Shown one piece after another: positions 24,521 to 38,855 of a DNA stretch of 64,000 nt; the first letter of the stretch is position 1; each line of letters begins with the position of its first letter. A model generated the notes under the pieces. The model was not told the DNA's origin. It did no database searches and was given only the letters and a program-made list of their open reading frames with translations. Position numbers and translations under genes: made by a program. The DNA comes from the human T2T-CHM13v2.0 reference genome, Homo sapiens: assembly GCF_009914755.1 (NCBI RefSeq), contig NC_060928.1; one strand, 5' to 3'.

Positions 24521-27500
24521 AACATTACTTTACATTGTAATTGACTGTTTGTGGATTGTTCTTAAGTGAAGGCAGGTGAGATCACAGTTTATAATTTCCA
24601 ATGTAAAGATGTGACGAGGAATCAAATGCAAGAAGCTTCCACTTGAACTGATTTGCAAAATTTTAAATACAGTACATTTTGTAGAATTGACTGTATAAGT
24701 TCCGACCCAAATCCTTAGAAAATAGAAAACACTAATTTTACTCAACTATAATATATATTTGTTCTGTAGATGTTAAGATTAAAAGTAACATCTACTTCAC
24801 GCTTGGGAAAAAAGTATGAAAGAAAATATTTTGATCCTAATTTTTAAAATAGAAAAAACTTTTTCACATTAAAAATTAAGAGATGTGCTTTCTTATGCCA
24901 TAATTTCAAAAAATCCAATCTGAATCCGATATACAAAGGAAATATTTATGGATTTTTCTGAATAGTTAACAAAGTCAGTTGATACTTTTCCTTCAACCGT
25001 TTGTCCTCTTCAAGCTTTGAGTGATAAAAATTTAACAATTAAATAAACCACAACAAAAAATACAATGGTTATAGCAATAATCCTCTCCCCAAGCATATGG
25101 TGATATGAACCATTCAGATTTATAAATTACTTCCATTTTAAAATGGCTTAGTTGTAAATTCCATAAGTATGATTATTTTAATCAAATTTCAAGAATTATT
25201 CTGAAACTGCTTATATGCAATTCAAACAAAAAAGGTTTTCATACCATTTTTATAACCAAAGAAAAATTATTATTCCAGGATTTAGAAATAGGAAAAGTAC
25301 CTTCCTCCTCTTTCTGTTTTTCTAAGGTAACAAACCAATATACTCATTTCAATGTTTCAGCTTTAACAAAGGTTTCTTTTTAATGCAAGGGAATAACTGA
25401 TTAGAAAATAATATAATTAGTCAAACAGAAAGTATCCCAAAGGAATTGGTTTGTCTTGCTTATGTTGAAGGTAACTATATACTCCATTCGCTATGCTAAT
25501 GATGAGACACAGGTACAGAATATATGTCAGATGTTACCCTTTAATATCTAACATTTATTCTTTGTATTAGCCCAGGTTTTAATTTATTGAGAAAATGCAC
25601 AAATGAGAGGTGTAGAGAAAAATGTTTTTAAAGGCAATTTTAAAGATCAGAGGAAGAAGTTTGAGAGGGGGAAGGGCTGTATGGAGGGATGAGCAGCAGG
25701 ATAGCAGAATAGATGAAAAACAAGAAAGCCACTCAGGGGTCTGAAGCCTAGTTCACTTGACAAACAGGCTTAAGTTGTGTAAGATTCCTTGGTAAAAACA
25801 GTCCTGTGTTAAAAATATAAACTTTGATCCTATCAGTTCTGAAATCATCTCCACTCTTTCAACTCAACCTCTATTATATCTATTTTTCTAGTTGCTCTTC
25901 CTGTATTCTTCACAGTAATATTAAGTGGCTCAAACAAACAAATTCTTTTAAATTATAAAAACCAATTTATTCTCTGGGGAAAATGTTCTGAATTTTAAAA
26001 ACATTTTCAAACAAACAGTAGGTGCTTACATTTGCACAAAATGATTTAAAGGAATAGTGTTTGGTTTCAAAGATAAAAAGAATATCTATAAGTGACCATT
26101 TTTCTCACTCACAAAAGTATTTACAGCAGTAGACATACATCTCCCTCCAACTATTCCAGAAAAAAAGTTTTTAAGTCTTGACAAAAAGAAACAAAAATAT
26201 CCCCAATTCAGCATATTTTCTTCTTCCTTATTTAATTTAATGCAGGTATCAGTTAAAAAGGAAAAACACTGCAGGAACATAAATGTCCTCATTTACAGAA
26301 CACCTTAAAGCATTAACATCTATACAAAATTAAAACTTCTCCCAGTAGCTGACTGAAAAATTGTTTTTAATATAAATTGGCAGGAGTTTTAACTTCTGGA
26401 ATATAAGGAAGGTTGCAGTGATACAGACCATTTCTTCATTGAGCCAAAAGATCTCCATATTTCACAAGCAACAAGAAAAAAATAATTTAATGATGCTGTA
26501 CAGAATCAGATCAGAGAGAGACAAAACTTGTAACTTCTCTAAAAGGAGCAAATAACTTCAAAGAACCTAATCTCACACATTGGCAGAGATTCTAATTTTC
26601 AGAACAATTAATTAGACACTTTTAAATTAAATCAAATTTTAGGCTTTGCTCTATATGTGTTTAAAAGCATGATAGAATATCTTGAATTAAATCCCAGTCT
26701 TTCTTAAATTCAGAAGTTACCAGAAATCAGAGAGTTTAATTTTGGTAACCTTCCTTTCCTAAAGAAACTAATGCATTTTCAGACATTTCAGTCATGGGAC
26801 AAAGTAGAAAAAATTTTTAATTGATAGAATTTCAGAATTAGCAAGTTTTCTCTACATTGGATTAGTTAACTTATCAAGCTCAAAACAATCAGTTTCATAC
26901 AATCTACCAAGTCCTGTCTTAATAAAGGCAGCAATATTGAAACAAAGTGCTAGAAATATGTGTGAGACATGATTTGTTTGTATAGTTTTAAACAAAATTA
27001 TAATATTTTCATCAAGAGCTACTACTTTGAAATACTTCTAAATCATTCAGATTTAAAAATTCACATGATTACAAAATCAAAGAACCTACCAAAAAACTCA
27101 AAATATGTGTATGTATATACATGTACATAACATATGCTATCAGCCTGCAAAATAAATTATTCCACTTTTTAAGCCACCTTTTTCTACAGATTGCTTATTT
27201 TGCTCATTTTTAAAAGAAACTGTTTCCTCTCAGAGCAAATTATACCATTCTTTTTCTTGAAATAAACCTAATTTTGGTTTTTATGACTGTGCTACAAATG
27301 TTTCTTAGTAAAAACAAAGTTGCCAGGGTCTGAAAAGTAATGAGAAATATATTTTAAAGGGGAAATTACATTTTCATTTAAGAATAGAAAATTATGCAGT
27401 GCCTTGTAAAATCTACTATAGGTAATGGGAAACAGAGGTATCTCACACACAAAACATGCTTGCATGCACGACAGAGTAGTAAGTCATGGGGACAAAGCAA

Positions 27501-27894
27501 GGAGAGTGATATATTGGCATCATATCCAGAAAACATAAAGGCTAAACAAAATAATTCCACTCTCAATCTCACTGAATTTTGTATCTTAATTCACCCTTGA
27601 CCCTTTGAGGCAAAATATATTTATAGACAATGTTCTCGGAGGTTCCTTCCCCTCCTCACAAAGAGCTAATGATAAATGTCATTAAGTAGAATTTGTTTTT
27701 GAATCTAAATGAACTTCAATAATCTAACTAACTGGTAGGGAATCATAAACTAAAGAAGATAATGACATTGCATATAAGCCAAGGCAACTTAGAAGAAATT
27801 CAAACTAAGCCTGTCAGATTTACCAATCCCAATCCTATCCAACAGCACCCACCATCCCATCATAAGAAAAAATGAAACCCCTTCATCTTCTCAC

Positions 27895-28031
27895 CTTGGG
27901 GTCGATTTTTTTGAAGTTAGGATCCTCTTCATCCACCTCAAAATAGAGTTCGGAGGAGGTGACAGAAAGAGTGCCCTTTACTACAACAGAGGGGGCCACA
28001 AGCTGAGCTGGTGTGCTCAGGCTAACAGGAC
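27895..28031 (-). CDS. LRBA: LRBA internal coding exon (137 nt), start of the BEACH-type PH domain, (G)PVSLSTPAQLVAPSVVVKGTLSVTSSELYFEVDEEDPNFKKIDPK
   Basis: Acceptor gtcttttccttttggcAG, donor AAG|GTgaga. Phase 1-0. No further downstream LRBA exon was recognised in 1-27894, so MAB21L2 lies in the following long intron. Confidence 0.96.
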
Positions 28032-28876
28032 CTGCCAAAAGGAAAAGACAAGCCACACAAGTTGGAATGACATTTTTCAAAAAATCAAATTCGACCAGAA
28101 ATTGTATTTAATCTTTTCATTCTCACGTCTAGTACTGAACTGCCTGCCAACTACTTCTACAGTTAAATATTCTGTCCACCCCAAATCTTCCTCTGAAAAT
28201 GCAAAGTCAGGATTCTCATACTACAAGATCTATAACAGGCGGTTAATGATAACAGTAAACTAGGATGCAATTATTTTACAGGGAGTCTGCAAAGCTTTGG
28301 TCTAATCTCTAGGTAAGAAGTGGCTCTGCCTAAATAAGTCCATCCACATTCCATTTAGAAAACAGGCCTCAGGCTATCTAACAACATGAACAACAACCAG
28401 GAGCAAAGAAGCCTCAATAGGCTTCCAAGGCCAGCAGTTAGCTTACAGTATGGTAGAGGCATGGCTACAAAAAGATCACTAGCTTATTAATGAAGTGGGA
28501 AATGTTAAACCATATTTTCTGATAGAGATTTTATGCCAGCTTGACACAAAACCTCTTCCATAACAACTTTACCCCATCAATGACTGGTAAAAATACTTCT
28601 TTTCTAAGCCTTCCTTTCCACTGTTAAGTATTGTTCAATGCTTCCAAATCTAATATTAGTGTAGTTCAGGGACTCTGGGAGTAAACAGCTGGAGGGTGGG
28701 TTTCCAAGTGAATGAATTTTTATTGGAATAATCAAATCTCCACAGGGCTTATCAAAGAGACAAATCAGACTGCTACTGAAAACAATAGATTCACTACAGA
28801 CAGAACAGCATAATGTGTATTAGAGCTAAATATAAAATATGAACTAAAAATGTTACATATATATGTCTGTTATGTC

Positions 28877-28884
28877 TGTGTGTG

Positions 28885-28925
<41 letters not shown>

Positions 28926-28934
28926 AGAGAGAGA
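28877..28934. repeat. Compound (TG)n/(CA)n/(GA)n microsatellite
   Basis: tgtgtgtgtata(ca)~17(ga)~6. Confidence 0.95.
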
Positions 28935-30561
28935 TCGACGTAGAAAGAATTTGAAATTCCATTATCAATTCCTCATGGTATAAATCCTATAGGGGAAGAA
29001 AACAGCATAAGAGAAGATTGGCACTTATAGTTCTGAATTAATATAGTGCCTATAAACAAGCTGTGCCTATTCAGGTAATCAATGGGTGAATAAGTGTTTC
29101 AAAATTCAGATGAATTGACATTTCCATCGATTGTTAGAAGGGTGATAGTGCTTAATCTCACATCAATCTTAATGTGTGCCAGTAGGACAATAGAAGGGAT
29201 GCTCTGCGGAGATCAGAGCAGGTTTTGCCCTCTATTCCCAATGTACAAATACATTGTGTTTGCAGATGGGCAGCAGATAGCTGCAGAACAGCCATGATTT
29301 CCCAAAGCTCATCCTTATAAATGGATGAAATAAGAAGCTATGTGTTCTTTTGCTGTCTCCTTTTGCCCTCTGTACATTAGCATGTAATACTGAGAAGAAA
29401 TAACATTTTTTCAATCACTCTCAGACATTCAATTACAGGGTAAGCAGACAGCTGCAAGAGCTAGGGCAGCCTAGGTCCTACAGAAGACCCCTGACAATTT
29501 CCACTTCATTTCTAACCCACACCACTTTATTAGTGTGGATTACTTCTTAATCCTATTGCCATTGTCAAGATTATATAATTAAACTCCCCTTTCACCTCTA
29601 TTACTGTATGAATGTATTACTAGTAGCAAGAATAGAAGCAAAATAAAGGAAGAAATGGGTAAATGGATGTGAAGGAAAAGACTACAGAATAGCAGTATCT
29701 ACCTTACTCTCCACTCCCACCAATTAATTTTATTTTACTTTATAGAGAGGTTTACAGTTATCAGAGAAGATACCATCTTCTCTTTTTGCTTTTCATTACC
29801 AAGTGGCATAGTAGCACAGGTTGCAGATATGTCACCAAAAGCAAGGTTTTTAATGTCTTTTCTCTTAAAATTATCAAAATGGAATACTATGTAATTTTCA
29901 CCTATTGAAATTATAGAACCTTTCAGACTTTCTTCCTTGAGGGACAGAGCCACAGGTATTAAAGTAAAAAAGCCATTTAATGAATGACTAAAATTTCCGG
30001 CTAAACAAGAGAATTTTTCCCATAAGGGATGTAAAACTGAGAATCTGCAGAGTGCAAATCAAAATTCCTACATCAGGCAAAATACGTGAATGTTGTGAAA
30101 AGCCATGGCATTCTCGGAATTGATTTGAGAGAGTTACATGCATATACAGCATGTTCACTAAGACCTGTATATCAAAGCAAATAGCTTCTCTCCTTCCAAG
30201 CTTTATTTACAAAAAAAAAAAAAAAAAACTGGCAGAATTTTACTTATAGTCTTACTTTACAGAGATTTGGTAACTCCTATGGGATGGGTGAAGTAATTTT
30301 GTTCTTTTGTTGCTGCTTTTAAACTTTTTCTTTTTCAGTGAAAATTATTCACAAAAGAAAAAAATGAGGAGAGTAAGAAGACTGAATAGAATAGAAAAAT
30401 AAAGGAGAAACTGTAGAAGGGGGGGAAGTATTTGAAATAACCAATTAATGTAATTGTGGGTATAAACTTGGTAGTCCTAGTGGTCACAGCTGAAAAAGTA
30501 AGTAATTATATGCTTATTGTCCCAGAGGTAGCTGAAATATCTGCACAACCACCAAATTTAC

Positions 30562-30708
30562 CGGCAAGATTCTCTAAATCTTTCTCATCCACGGATGACA
30601 GAGTATCATCATCGCCTTCCAGGAGGATCTCGTTTTCTGAGTTCTGATTTCCTAAAGCCTGACTCCTGATGGACTGTTTTCCTTTAGCAAGGATATCTTC
30701 ATCTGTGG
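30562..30708 (-). CDS. LRBA: LRBA internal coding exon (147 nt), (A)TDEDILAKGKQSIRSQALGNQNSENEILLEGDDDTLSSVDEKDLENLA(G)
   Basis: Acceptor tttccttttcatttcAG, donor GTaaat. Phase 1-1. Confidence 0.96.
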
Positions 30709-32494
30709 CTGAAATGAAAAGGAAACAAAGCTGTCCATCAGTTCTGGGAAGAGCACTTCGGCAGAGGGGTAGGGGCTTAGGTAAGGGTAGGTGGCCAAAG
30801 ATGGTCAATCTTTTATACACAGTGTCAGCTACAGTGGAGAAAGTGATTGGGATGGCACACATGCCTGATCTGACAAACTCGATCCCCCAACCTAGTCTAA
30901 TGTTACCCTAAACAAGCACCCTAATCCCATTAAATTTGACCCCTGCACTGCTCACCAAACCATTTATTTACTTATAGTTAGGGTAGGAGTGGTTCAAAAG
31001 CAGTACTTTTATTGAAAATTCATTAATAGGAACAATCAAATCCCAGTTTTGGAAACAATATTTAACAGCAAAAAATAAGGACTGATTCATTCCTCCAAAC
31101 AATGTTATACTGACAAACATTTTGGAATGGTTGAGGAGTGGCTGTGGAGAAGAATCCAGAATTAAAAAGGGTTAAAGCTAAGAGACATTCACAAGCCAGT
31201 GAGGATTTAGGCCCAGATACTGAAGCCATATCTGACACTAATAAGACTACAGCAGCTCCTCAAAGCTGCAATCTCTTCTTTATCCACCCTCCCTCCTTCC
31301 TTCCTTCACATTACCCTCGTCCACATGTTCACACATACACTCACTCCTCCGCCCTTTTGTCCTTTATACAAATATCCAGGAGCAAGGCGGTGTGGAAACT
31401 AAGTGGAAGCTCAAACACTACCTCCTCTGCATGTTTAAACTAAAGGGCTAAGGCACCCCGGGGGCAAACATAACAGAAAGCCTGGGATGAGAGGCATGTG
31501 GGCAAGGGGCCTCATGCGGCCTGAACTGGAGCAGCTTGTGGAGAGCAGCAGTACCAGACTCAGGCACTATGACAAGGCAGCAACTGCAGGCAGATGGAGG
31601 AAAAGAGAACACATCTAGGGAGGGAAGAAGCAGCCCTGCAGAGCACCTACACTCAACAATGGGATCCGAAAGGAGAGCAAAGACGCAAATGAAAGTGGAA
31701 AACCCTGAAATTCAAAACTCTGATTCAAAACCCACATCCTTCCAGGGCTCCTCCTGTTGTTTTGAGCAGCTTTCTCCTTACGACAAGCAGGAAGGCAGAT
31801 GCTAACTTCTAAATTGTGATTTGTAAAACTTCATATGTGTATCTTTTCCTAATCTTTTTTTGAATGGTGTCATATAAGGGAAAGTTAAGAATCTTCACCT
31901 GACCCTCCTGGCTTCCAGCTAGATAAATCCCAGAGGTAAAGCACCTGATCTACCCAGGCTGCGGCTTTTGATATGGAAATCGGATGGCTAGGGTTTTTTT
32001 TTTTTTTTTTTTTTTTTTTGCTCCACTGCAGCTTCTGCCTAGGCATAAGGCCCAAACCCCAGAAAGAATAAAGCAGTCAATTTGCAGTAACACGACTAAT
32101 ATATATATATCTATATAATTTATTCTACATAGTTAACCTGCACATGTGTTACCTGATTTGGCAGATCAAAGGTTCTTAGGGTTTGATAAGTACGTTTACG
32201 GATGATGTTAAAGGTAAAAGGTTTTTTTTTTCTCATATTTATTGCGAATTCACCATGTATACCATTTATATACAATACTTATAGTGCTACTGAAACATAG
32301 GAGTTTTCTATTTAATAAGAAGTCATGGGAAGAAGCTTTCTATATTTACCTTTAAATACACTCTATGGGTAAATAAAATCTTTCATACTCACAGGCTGCA
32401 TTGTAAGCTACACACATATGATGGTCTGGACATATGTTTGAAAAGATTACTTTAGTGTATCTAATTAAAGTGGCTTTATTTATTTTTTATTTAA

Positions 32495-32782
32495 TTTTTT
32501 TGAGACAGGATCCTGCTCTGTCACCCAGGCTGGAGTGCAAAGGCACAATAACAGCTTACTGCAGCCTCTAGGCTCAAGCAATCCTCCCAGCTCAGCCTCC
32601 CAAGTGGCTGGGACCACAGGTGCTTGCCACCATGCCCAGCTAATTTTTTAATTTAACTTTTTGTAGAGATGAGGTCTTCCCATGTTGCCCAGGCTGATCT
32701 CTAACTACTGGGCTCAAGCAATCCTACCACCTCAGCCTCTCAAAGTTGCTGGGATTACAGGCGTAAGTCATCTCACCTGGCC
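32495..32782 (-). mobile_element. Alu (AluJ-like)
   Basis: tttgagacaggatcctgctctgtcacccaggctgg...cacctggcc. Confidence 0.9.
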
Positions 32783-33159
32783 TATTTTTTTTTTAAAGGC
32801 TAAAAAGAAATATACTTACAATTAACCAATAATTTTTAGAAAAACAGAACTATGTTCTAAAATCACTTATATTTCAAGTATTTATAGTTCCTTACTCTAA
32901 AATCAGAAACACTGCCCTGAGGCTAAACAAGATCTTTTGCAGTTTGCTATCAACATTATTAAAAATATATTGGCCACTGAGAAATGCAAATGAAGCACCA
33001 TCTTCTAAATGTTTTTATAAAGTAAATTATAATAAATTATTATTTTCCAGTTAGATTTTAGTACAGAATAAGTATACCACATTCTTTTTATTTCTTGGAT
33101 TTATAATTCCTTCTTCAAAGCAGAAATAATAATAAGGCTAATATTACATATCATTTTGC

Positions 33160-33370
33160 ATAAGTCAGGGAGTAGTGTTAAAAATACTTTACATAGTTAA
33201 TTCATTTAATTCTCATAAACCTTCTGCTTAGTTCTAATTTTAAGATAAGAAAGCAGGCTCAAAGAGGTTACATAAATTGACCAAGTTAACATGCGTTTGA
33301 CAATTAGAGTCAGGATTTAAAAACAGGCAGCACGGTGCCAGAAGCTGGGCTCTTAACCACGATGCCATAT
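33160..33370 (-). mobile_element. MIR fragment
   Basis: ttcatttaattctcat...aggctcaaagaggtta...gctcttaaccac. Confidence 0.65.
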
Positions 33371-36300
33371 TAGCTCTTAGATGTAAGAAACAGAAAGAAA
33401 ACAAAACAACCACTGTTCAAATATGAATGTGTATATAATTAATTTGTTTACTAATTCTTGTTTTTCATAGTGCATTTTAAAAGGTTAAATGAGAATAATA
33501 ATCAAGAACAAAAAATATTCATTTCCAAATCTAAAATTGATGAACATGCCAAACACATCAGAAACAACTAAACACCCTGCTCATTACTTCCTCTGATTAT
33601 TGCCATACATGTCCTAAAGTACACCAAGCTTATGTGAAAGGAAAAAAGAAGAAACCTCTTTAATCTGCAAACATTTACAAAAAAATGAGAGTCCCCAGTG
33701 GCAATATGTAATGGTTTAAAATAGCTCAAAAAATAAATTCACATTCATTTATAAATGACCACGAGAAATATAATTATCCCTTCCAATTGCAATTAAAAAA
33801 TTTTTAAATATGTTCTAATCATGCTGCCTATATTAAAACACAGTAAGGTAACTTCTGAATTAAAGTTTCATTAAAAATTTTACATACTATAGGTGTACTG
33901 TATGCATACACACACCCACTTTAATTTATTTATTTACTTATTTTTACAAGCTCAGATTCTGGAATTGTTCAAGCTCCACTGAAAAACCTCTTGTCATGGA
34001 AAATATGCAGCTTACTGATATTTAGAATGGTTTTCCTGTAATTAACTCCCCCTTGAGGATTTTAAGTTAGCAGCAGTAAAATTACCAACAGTACTCTAAT
34101 ATACACCACATGCGCTGGTGTTCAATTCTCAGTGGTCTAATAGCTTTCTGCTAAAGAACCTTAAAAAAAAATTAGAACAAAACTTTTCCAAGCATAAAAT
34201 AAAGGATTATTATCATGTTTATATGTACTGGGGAAAAGTATATTTTTAACTTTCATTTGCCTTATTCTCAATCAACCATTATAAACAAGTATTTTGATAT
34301 CTTCTGTGAGCATATTCTACACACGTCTAAAAGTTAATTGGATGAAGTCAGAATATACTTTGGGTTCCATTTTAAAGCTCAATTCAGATATTTCTGGCTA
34401 ATAAAATTGTTACTAACATGATTGCTGTTTAAATTTTTCATATCATTATTAAGAAATGCCTTTTATTCTGGTTTAATTTCACCTTTTATTCTAGTTTAAT
34501 ATTTATCCTAACTTAATACTTAAACTGCAATTGTTACATAAAATTGGAGAAATCTGTCAGAAATGTCATCTTTAAAAATGATTTGATTCACTGAGGCTAA
34601 GAACAATGAAAGGCCTAAGAGAGAGAGGCTGGTCCCCAAAATGTAAAATTCAAGTTCTTCAGAGCTAACTCTGGACATGAGTTGATTTATCTATCCACCA
34701 CAAAACAGGTAAGTAGAATTAAAATATAAAAACAGCAAAAACACACACAACAAAAACTGTTCCACCTTTGATATAAATCCTTTTTAACATCTACTGAGCA
34801 AGTGAACTGGAATCATCAATAGTCTGTATTAAAGTAAAAGAAGTTTATACTTTAAGAATTAGCATTTTTAAAAAAGACTACTATTAGAATAACAGAGTGC
34901 CTTCAAACATACATAAAATAAAAATGGGTATCTACTTATGTGATCTGAAGCACACACCATAACAGCATTCTGAACAGGACACATAAAGAATATCTTATAA
35001 TCAACTATTGTTCTAATTGATTCCCCTCTATAGTTTATGCCATGTCCATAGCATTCCAAGTCAAGAAAACTGACTCTGTAAAAATTAATGAAACTACAAA
35101 GGATAATTAGGAGAATAAGCCAGGTGCATCTCGTAATAATCATGGGCTAACCAAAATTTTAGATAGAGAACCTAGTATATGTTGATCCTAAAAAGGAAGC
35201 AACAGTATCTGGCATTATTGAAGTTATGAGACAATGGCACGATTTAAGATCTTTACATGATCTGTCATCCCTAGAAAACCAAATGAGTTACTTGTATCAT
35301 TCCATATGCTTACAAGATACTTTTAAAACTATGTTAAATTCTCCTTATATATTTCTATTAGCAAGCACGTTCTCTACCAAATAAAAATGTCTTGAATTCA
35401 ATAGGATTCTCTGCTAAACTGTTTTAGCACCTGAATTAAAACCAATCTTTCTACCGTTTAAAACATTTTTTACATGTCTTTAATTTAAATATAAAATTCC
35501 CGTTATATTTAATAATGAATTTTAGAGGACAGCACAGCACACTGATATGAAAATCTGGGTTTCAGTCAGTTAACCTGGGCTTTAGTCCTTTATCTACCAA
35601 AAATTATACTGGCCCTTTGTTTCCTCAGTTTCCTTATCTGTAAAGAATAAAGTTAGACTAGATGTTAGCCTTAGGTTCCTTCTACATCTAAAATGCTCTG
35701 ATAGTAAGTAACAGCTAACCAGGGCTCTGGCATTAGGAAAATGTTACAAATCATTGCTACCAATTTCTAATAAATTTTAAAACTATAAAATGGAAGAAAA
35801 TGCCCTCAAGAATAAAATGCCCAGCTTTGCTTGAGCTGCTAATTTCCATAAAGAATACTTAATCATAAGAGGAAGTATTAATTTTAATTTTAAAATATGA
35901 CTCAGTTTCTGCAAAGTTAAAGAAATCTCCCATTACAGCATGACTTTTATAAATAACCACTTTGGAGGGTCTCTGCTTGAAAAATTACCTAAAGCTTTTT
36001 TCCCCAAGCAAGTTAATGTGAACTTGGGAAGGGCAATTAAATTGTCAGAATTAAAAAATTTGTTTTTAACTAGAAGGTAGCCAGAAGTAGAGTCATGGGG
36101 CTGGTATTGATCGCCCAAACAGAGAACATCACTCTTCAGGTATTTACTCTGCCACCTTTACACTAGAGGCTTTCCTTCAAATCAAATCAATCTATAAAAA
36201 AGATGGCTCTTACTACTAAAATACGTAACTGATCTCCAATGGCACTTCTATTTAGATGTCTTCCTTTGATAATGATAATATAGTTCATGGTGTTCTAAGA

Positions 36301-36931
36301 TTCTGCATTTTTAAAATGTCCTATCTCCTTAGTTAAATAAATTATAAATAAAAGTGAGAAGTCATAAAAATATAAGAATGACATACTATCCTCATTAATA
36401 TATATTTTAAACATTTAAATTCAACATTGAAGCACGGTATTTATCCATGTTAAAATCTGTAATTTCAACTGCTTTTTGATCACATTAACAATTTTGTTTT
36501 GCATACTTAATTCTTAATAAGTTTATTTTGATTAGCTTCTTTAATGCTCCAAAATTTTTAAACACCAAATTAAAATTGAATGTCACCATAAAATATTTAA
36601 TACACCAGTAAAAAATTAAGCTCTTTGTTTACAGAATATATTAGCATAAATTTTCTAACATCGAACAATACCATAATACAATCTATGTGCTGAATTTATT
36701 CCCTTTTTATTTAAAATAAAATAAATATGAGGTAGGATTAGAATTTGTGTTTTTTTAAAAAATGTTATAGTAAATATTAAATATGATATATCTCTGAAAT
36801 TGTAAGACAACTGAAGAATCTCCTACACATTTAGATTTTTAAACATATATTTCAAACGCAAGTTTTGTTTTTAACATTTTGGAGTATGACAATAATCATA
36901 AAATTACTATAAAATATTACTCAATGCTTAC

Positions 36932-36964
36932 CTTTGCTGTTCTCTCTCAATTTAAAAATGCACA
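36932..36964 (-). CDS. LRBA: LRBA 33-nt optional exon, (V)CIFKLRENSK(A)
   Basis: tatgttttAG|TGTGCATTTTTAAATTGAGAGAGAACAGCAAAG|GTaagc. Symmetric phase 1-1 and stop-free. The peptide VCIFKLRENSK matches my recollection of the longer LRBA isoform. Confidence 0.88.
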
Positions 36965-38855
36965 CTAAAACATAGATAATTAACATTGGATTAACCTTTC
37001 AATTACTATCGAGAGTAATCAGAGTGAAATCTACTTCTATACAAGTCAAGAGTCTTAGGATGATAGTAAAAACATGTTAATAAATTCTTTTTTGTCAAAC
37101 TTTAATGCAGATGCTTAGCATTAAAAAAGCTGACAAAACAATATGATTTTAAGAGCTCAACAATTAAAATTTATTCATTAAAAATCCTGTAACTCTTCAA
37201 AATGGTTAAATGTACTATTTTTGATAAGAATATTTTAATAAATTCTATATTAAATCTATACCACAAATTTTAAATTGAATTATTGATATCTAAGGATAAA
37301 AGATTAACAGCCTATCTATGTGCAATTTTAGAAAACAAATCCTCCCCTTCCAGATATAAAAGGAAAATGTTTTTACGAAAACATATTGCCATGTATAGAT
37401 CTCAGAACTCACAAATTACTGTAAATGATGGTTTAGAAGACAGAAAAATAATTAAATTTCAAATTTTAAGTGGACATGGTAATACATTTTGTTAAAAATT
37501 GCAAAAAAAGTTCACCTTCTCCATGTAAGCATCATTAACCAAAACAAACCAGAAAATCCAAAAAAACACACAAAAAAAGAAAAAAAAACCCTCTGAAATC
37601 TGTTATCACCACCTAAAAACTATATGTACTCTAAAAGCAAAAGTGGCCTAATTAATTCTACATTTTATTTCTCTTTCTCCACCTCCTGTAGTTGAAGATG
37701 TAGGGCCATGAGACTATTATTGCTTTTAGATCACTTTGTTATTGACTATTCTCTGTATGATCATTTATTTTAAAGGACTGATGTAACATGTGGTGTTATA
37801 TCTGATGACATATTGTGGACATTTTCTTCCAGAAATGGCTCTTTAAGGCTGAGTGCAAGAGGTTAAGCTGCCTGACTGAGGCCAAACCTAAGATTACAGA
37901 TTTTTAATCTAAATTCTTAATATCCTTATTGAATATAAATTAACATTTATTTTGTATGCTACATATTTCCATTTAATCACAAGCTCCTGCATGTTAAAAC
38001 AATACCCTGAAAAAGGAAAATTAAAAGTACTTCTGACTTTATTAAAAACCAATTTATATTTTATAAAGTCAGGATAATTTTAATGTGGGGAGGAGCATTT
38101 CCCCCTTAACCAATATATCTTAATTGACTTTCAAAAATCATAAAATAAGTGAAATTTTATAAAAATTTATAGTATCAAATCCAAAGGAAATTTTCAGTTT
38201 TTCCAATTTACTTATAAGACTTTTACCTAAACTGAATCATAGTCATATGCATTGTATCAAAAAAGCAAAAATGTTTTGTTAAGCTCTGATAACAAAATAA
38301 TATAGAATAGGAACGTATGAAAATAATGTTTATTCTCTTTTTCCATGAGCCATCTATCATAACCATCTTCAAATCAAGGCTCAGAAAGTATCTAGGCAAT
38401 TGGACATTTATTATTATCTTTCCCAGTTCATGATCTCATGCTAAAATACCAGGATTGGGCGAAAACCATGTATACACAACAGAACCTAGAAACTTATCTG
38501 GTTTGTAAATGCTGTCTTCCTGATATTCATGGATTTAAGGCATGCCTCCTGGATTCATTTACTCAAAGCTGAATGTGTCGCTTAAAAGGAGACATATTTA
38601 ATCTTTGTACTCTGAAACAAAGGGTCTATGTTAAGTAAGTTTTGTATGTGTAACATAATTAATAAATATACTTGACACCATAATTTAATAGGACTCTATA
38701 GTAACTATAAAAAAATTTAACTTCTCTTTCTGGTATGAACAACCATAAAATGTGGTGTTGGACCATTTTACAGTGCCTTGTAATAATGAAGTTATGCTCT
38801 TCATTACCAAGTCCTGTACCTGCTGCTATTGGCAAGGAATGGTTTATACACTGAC

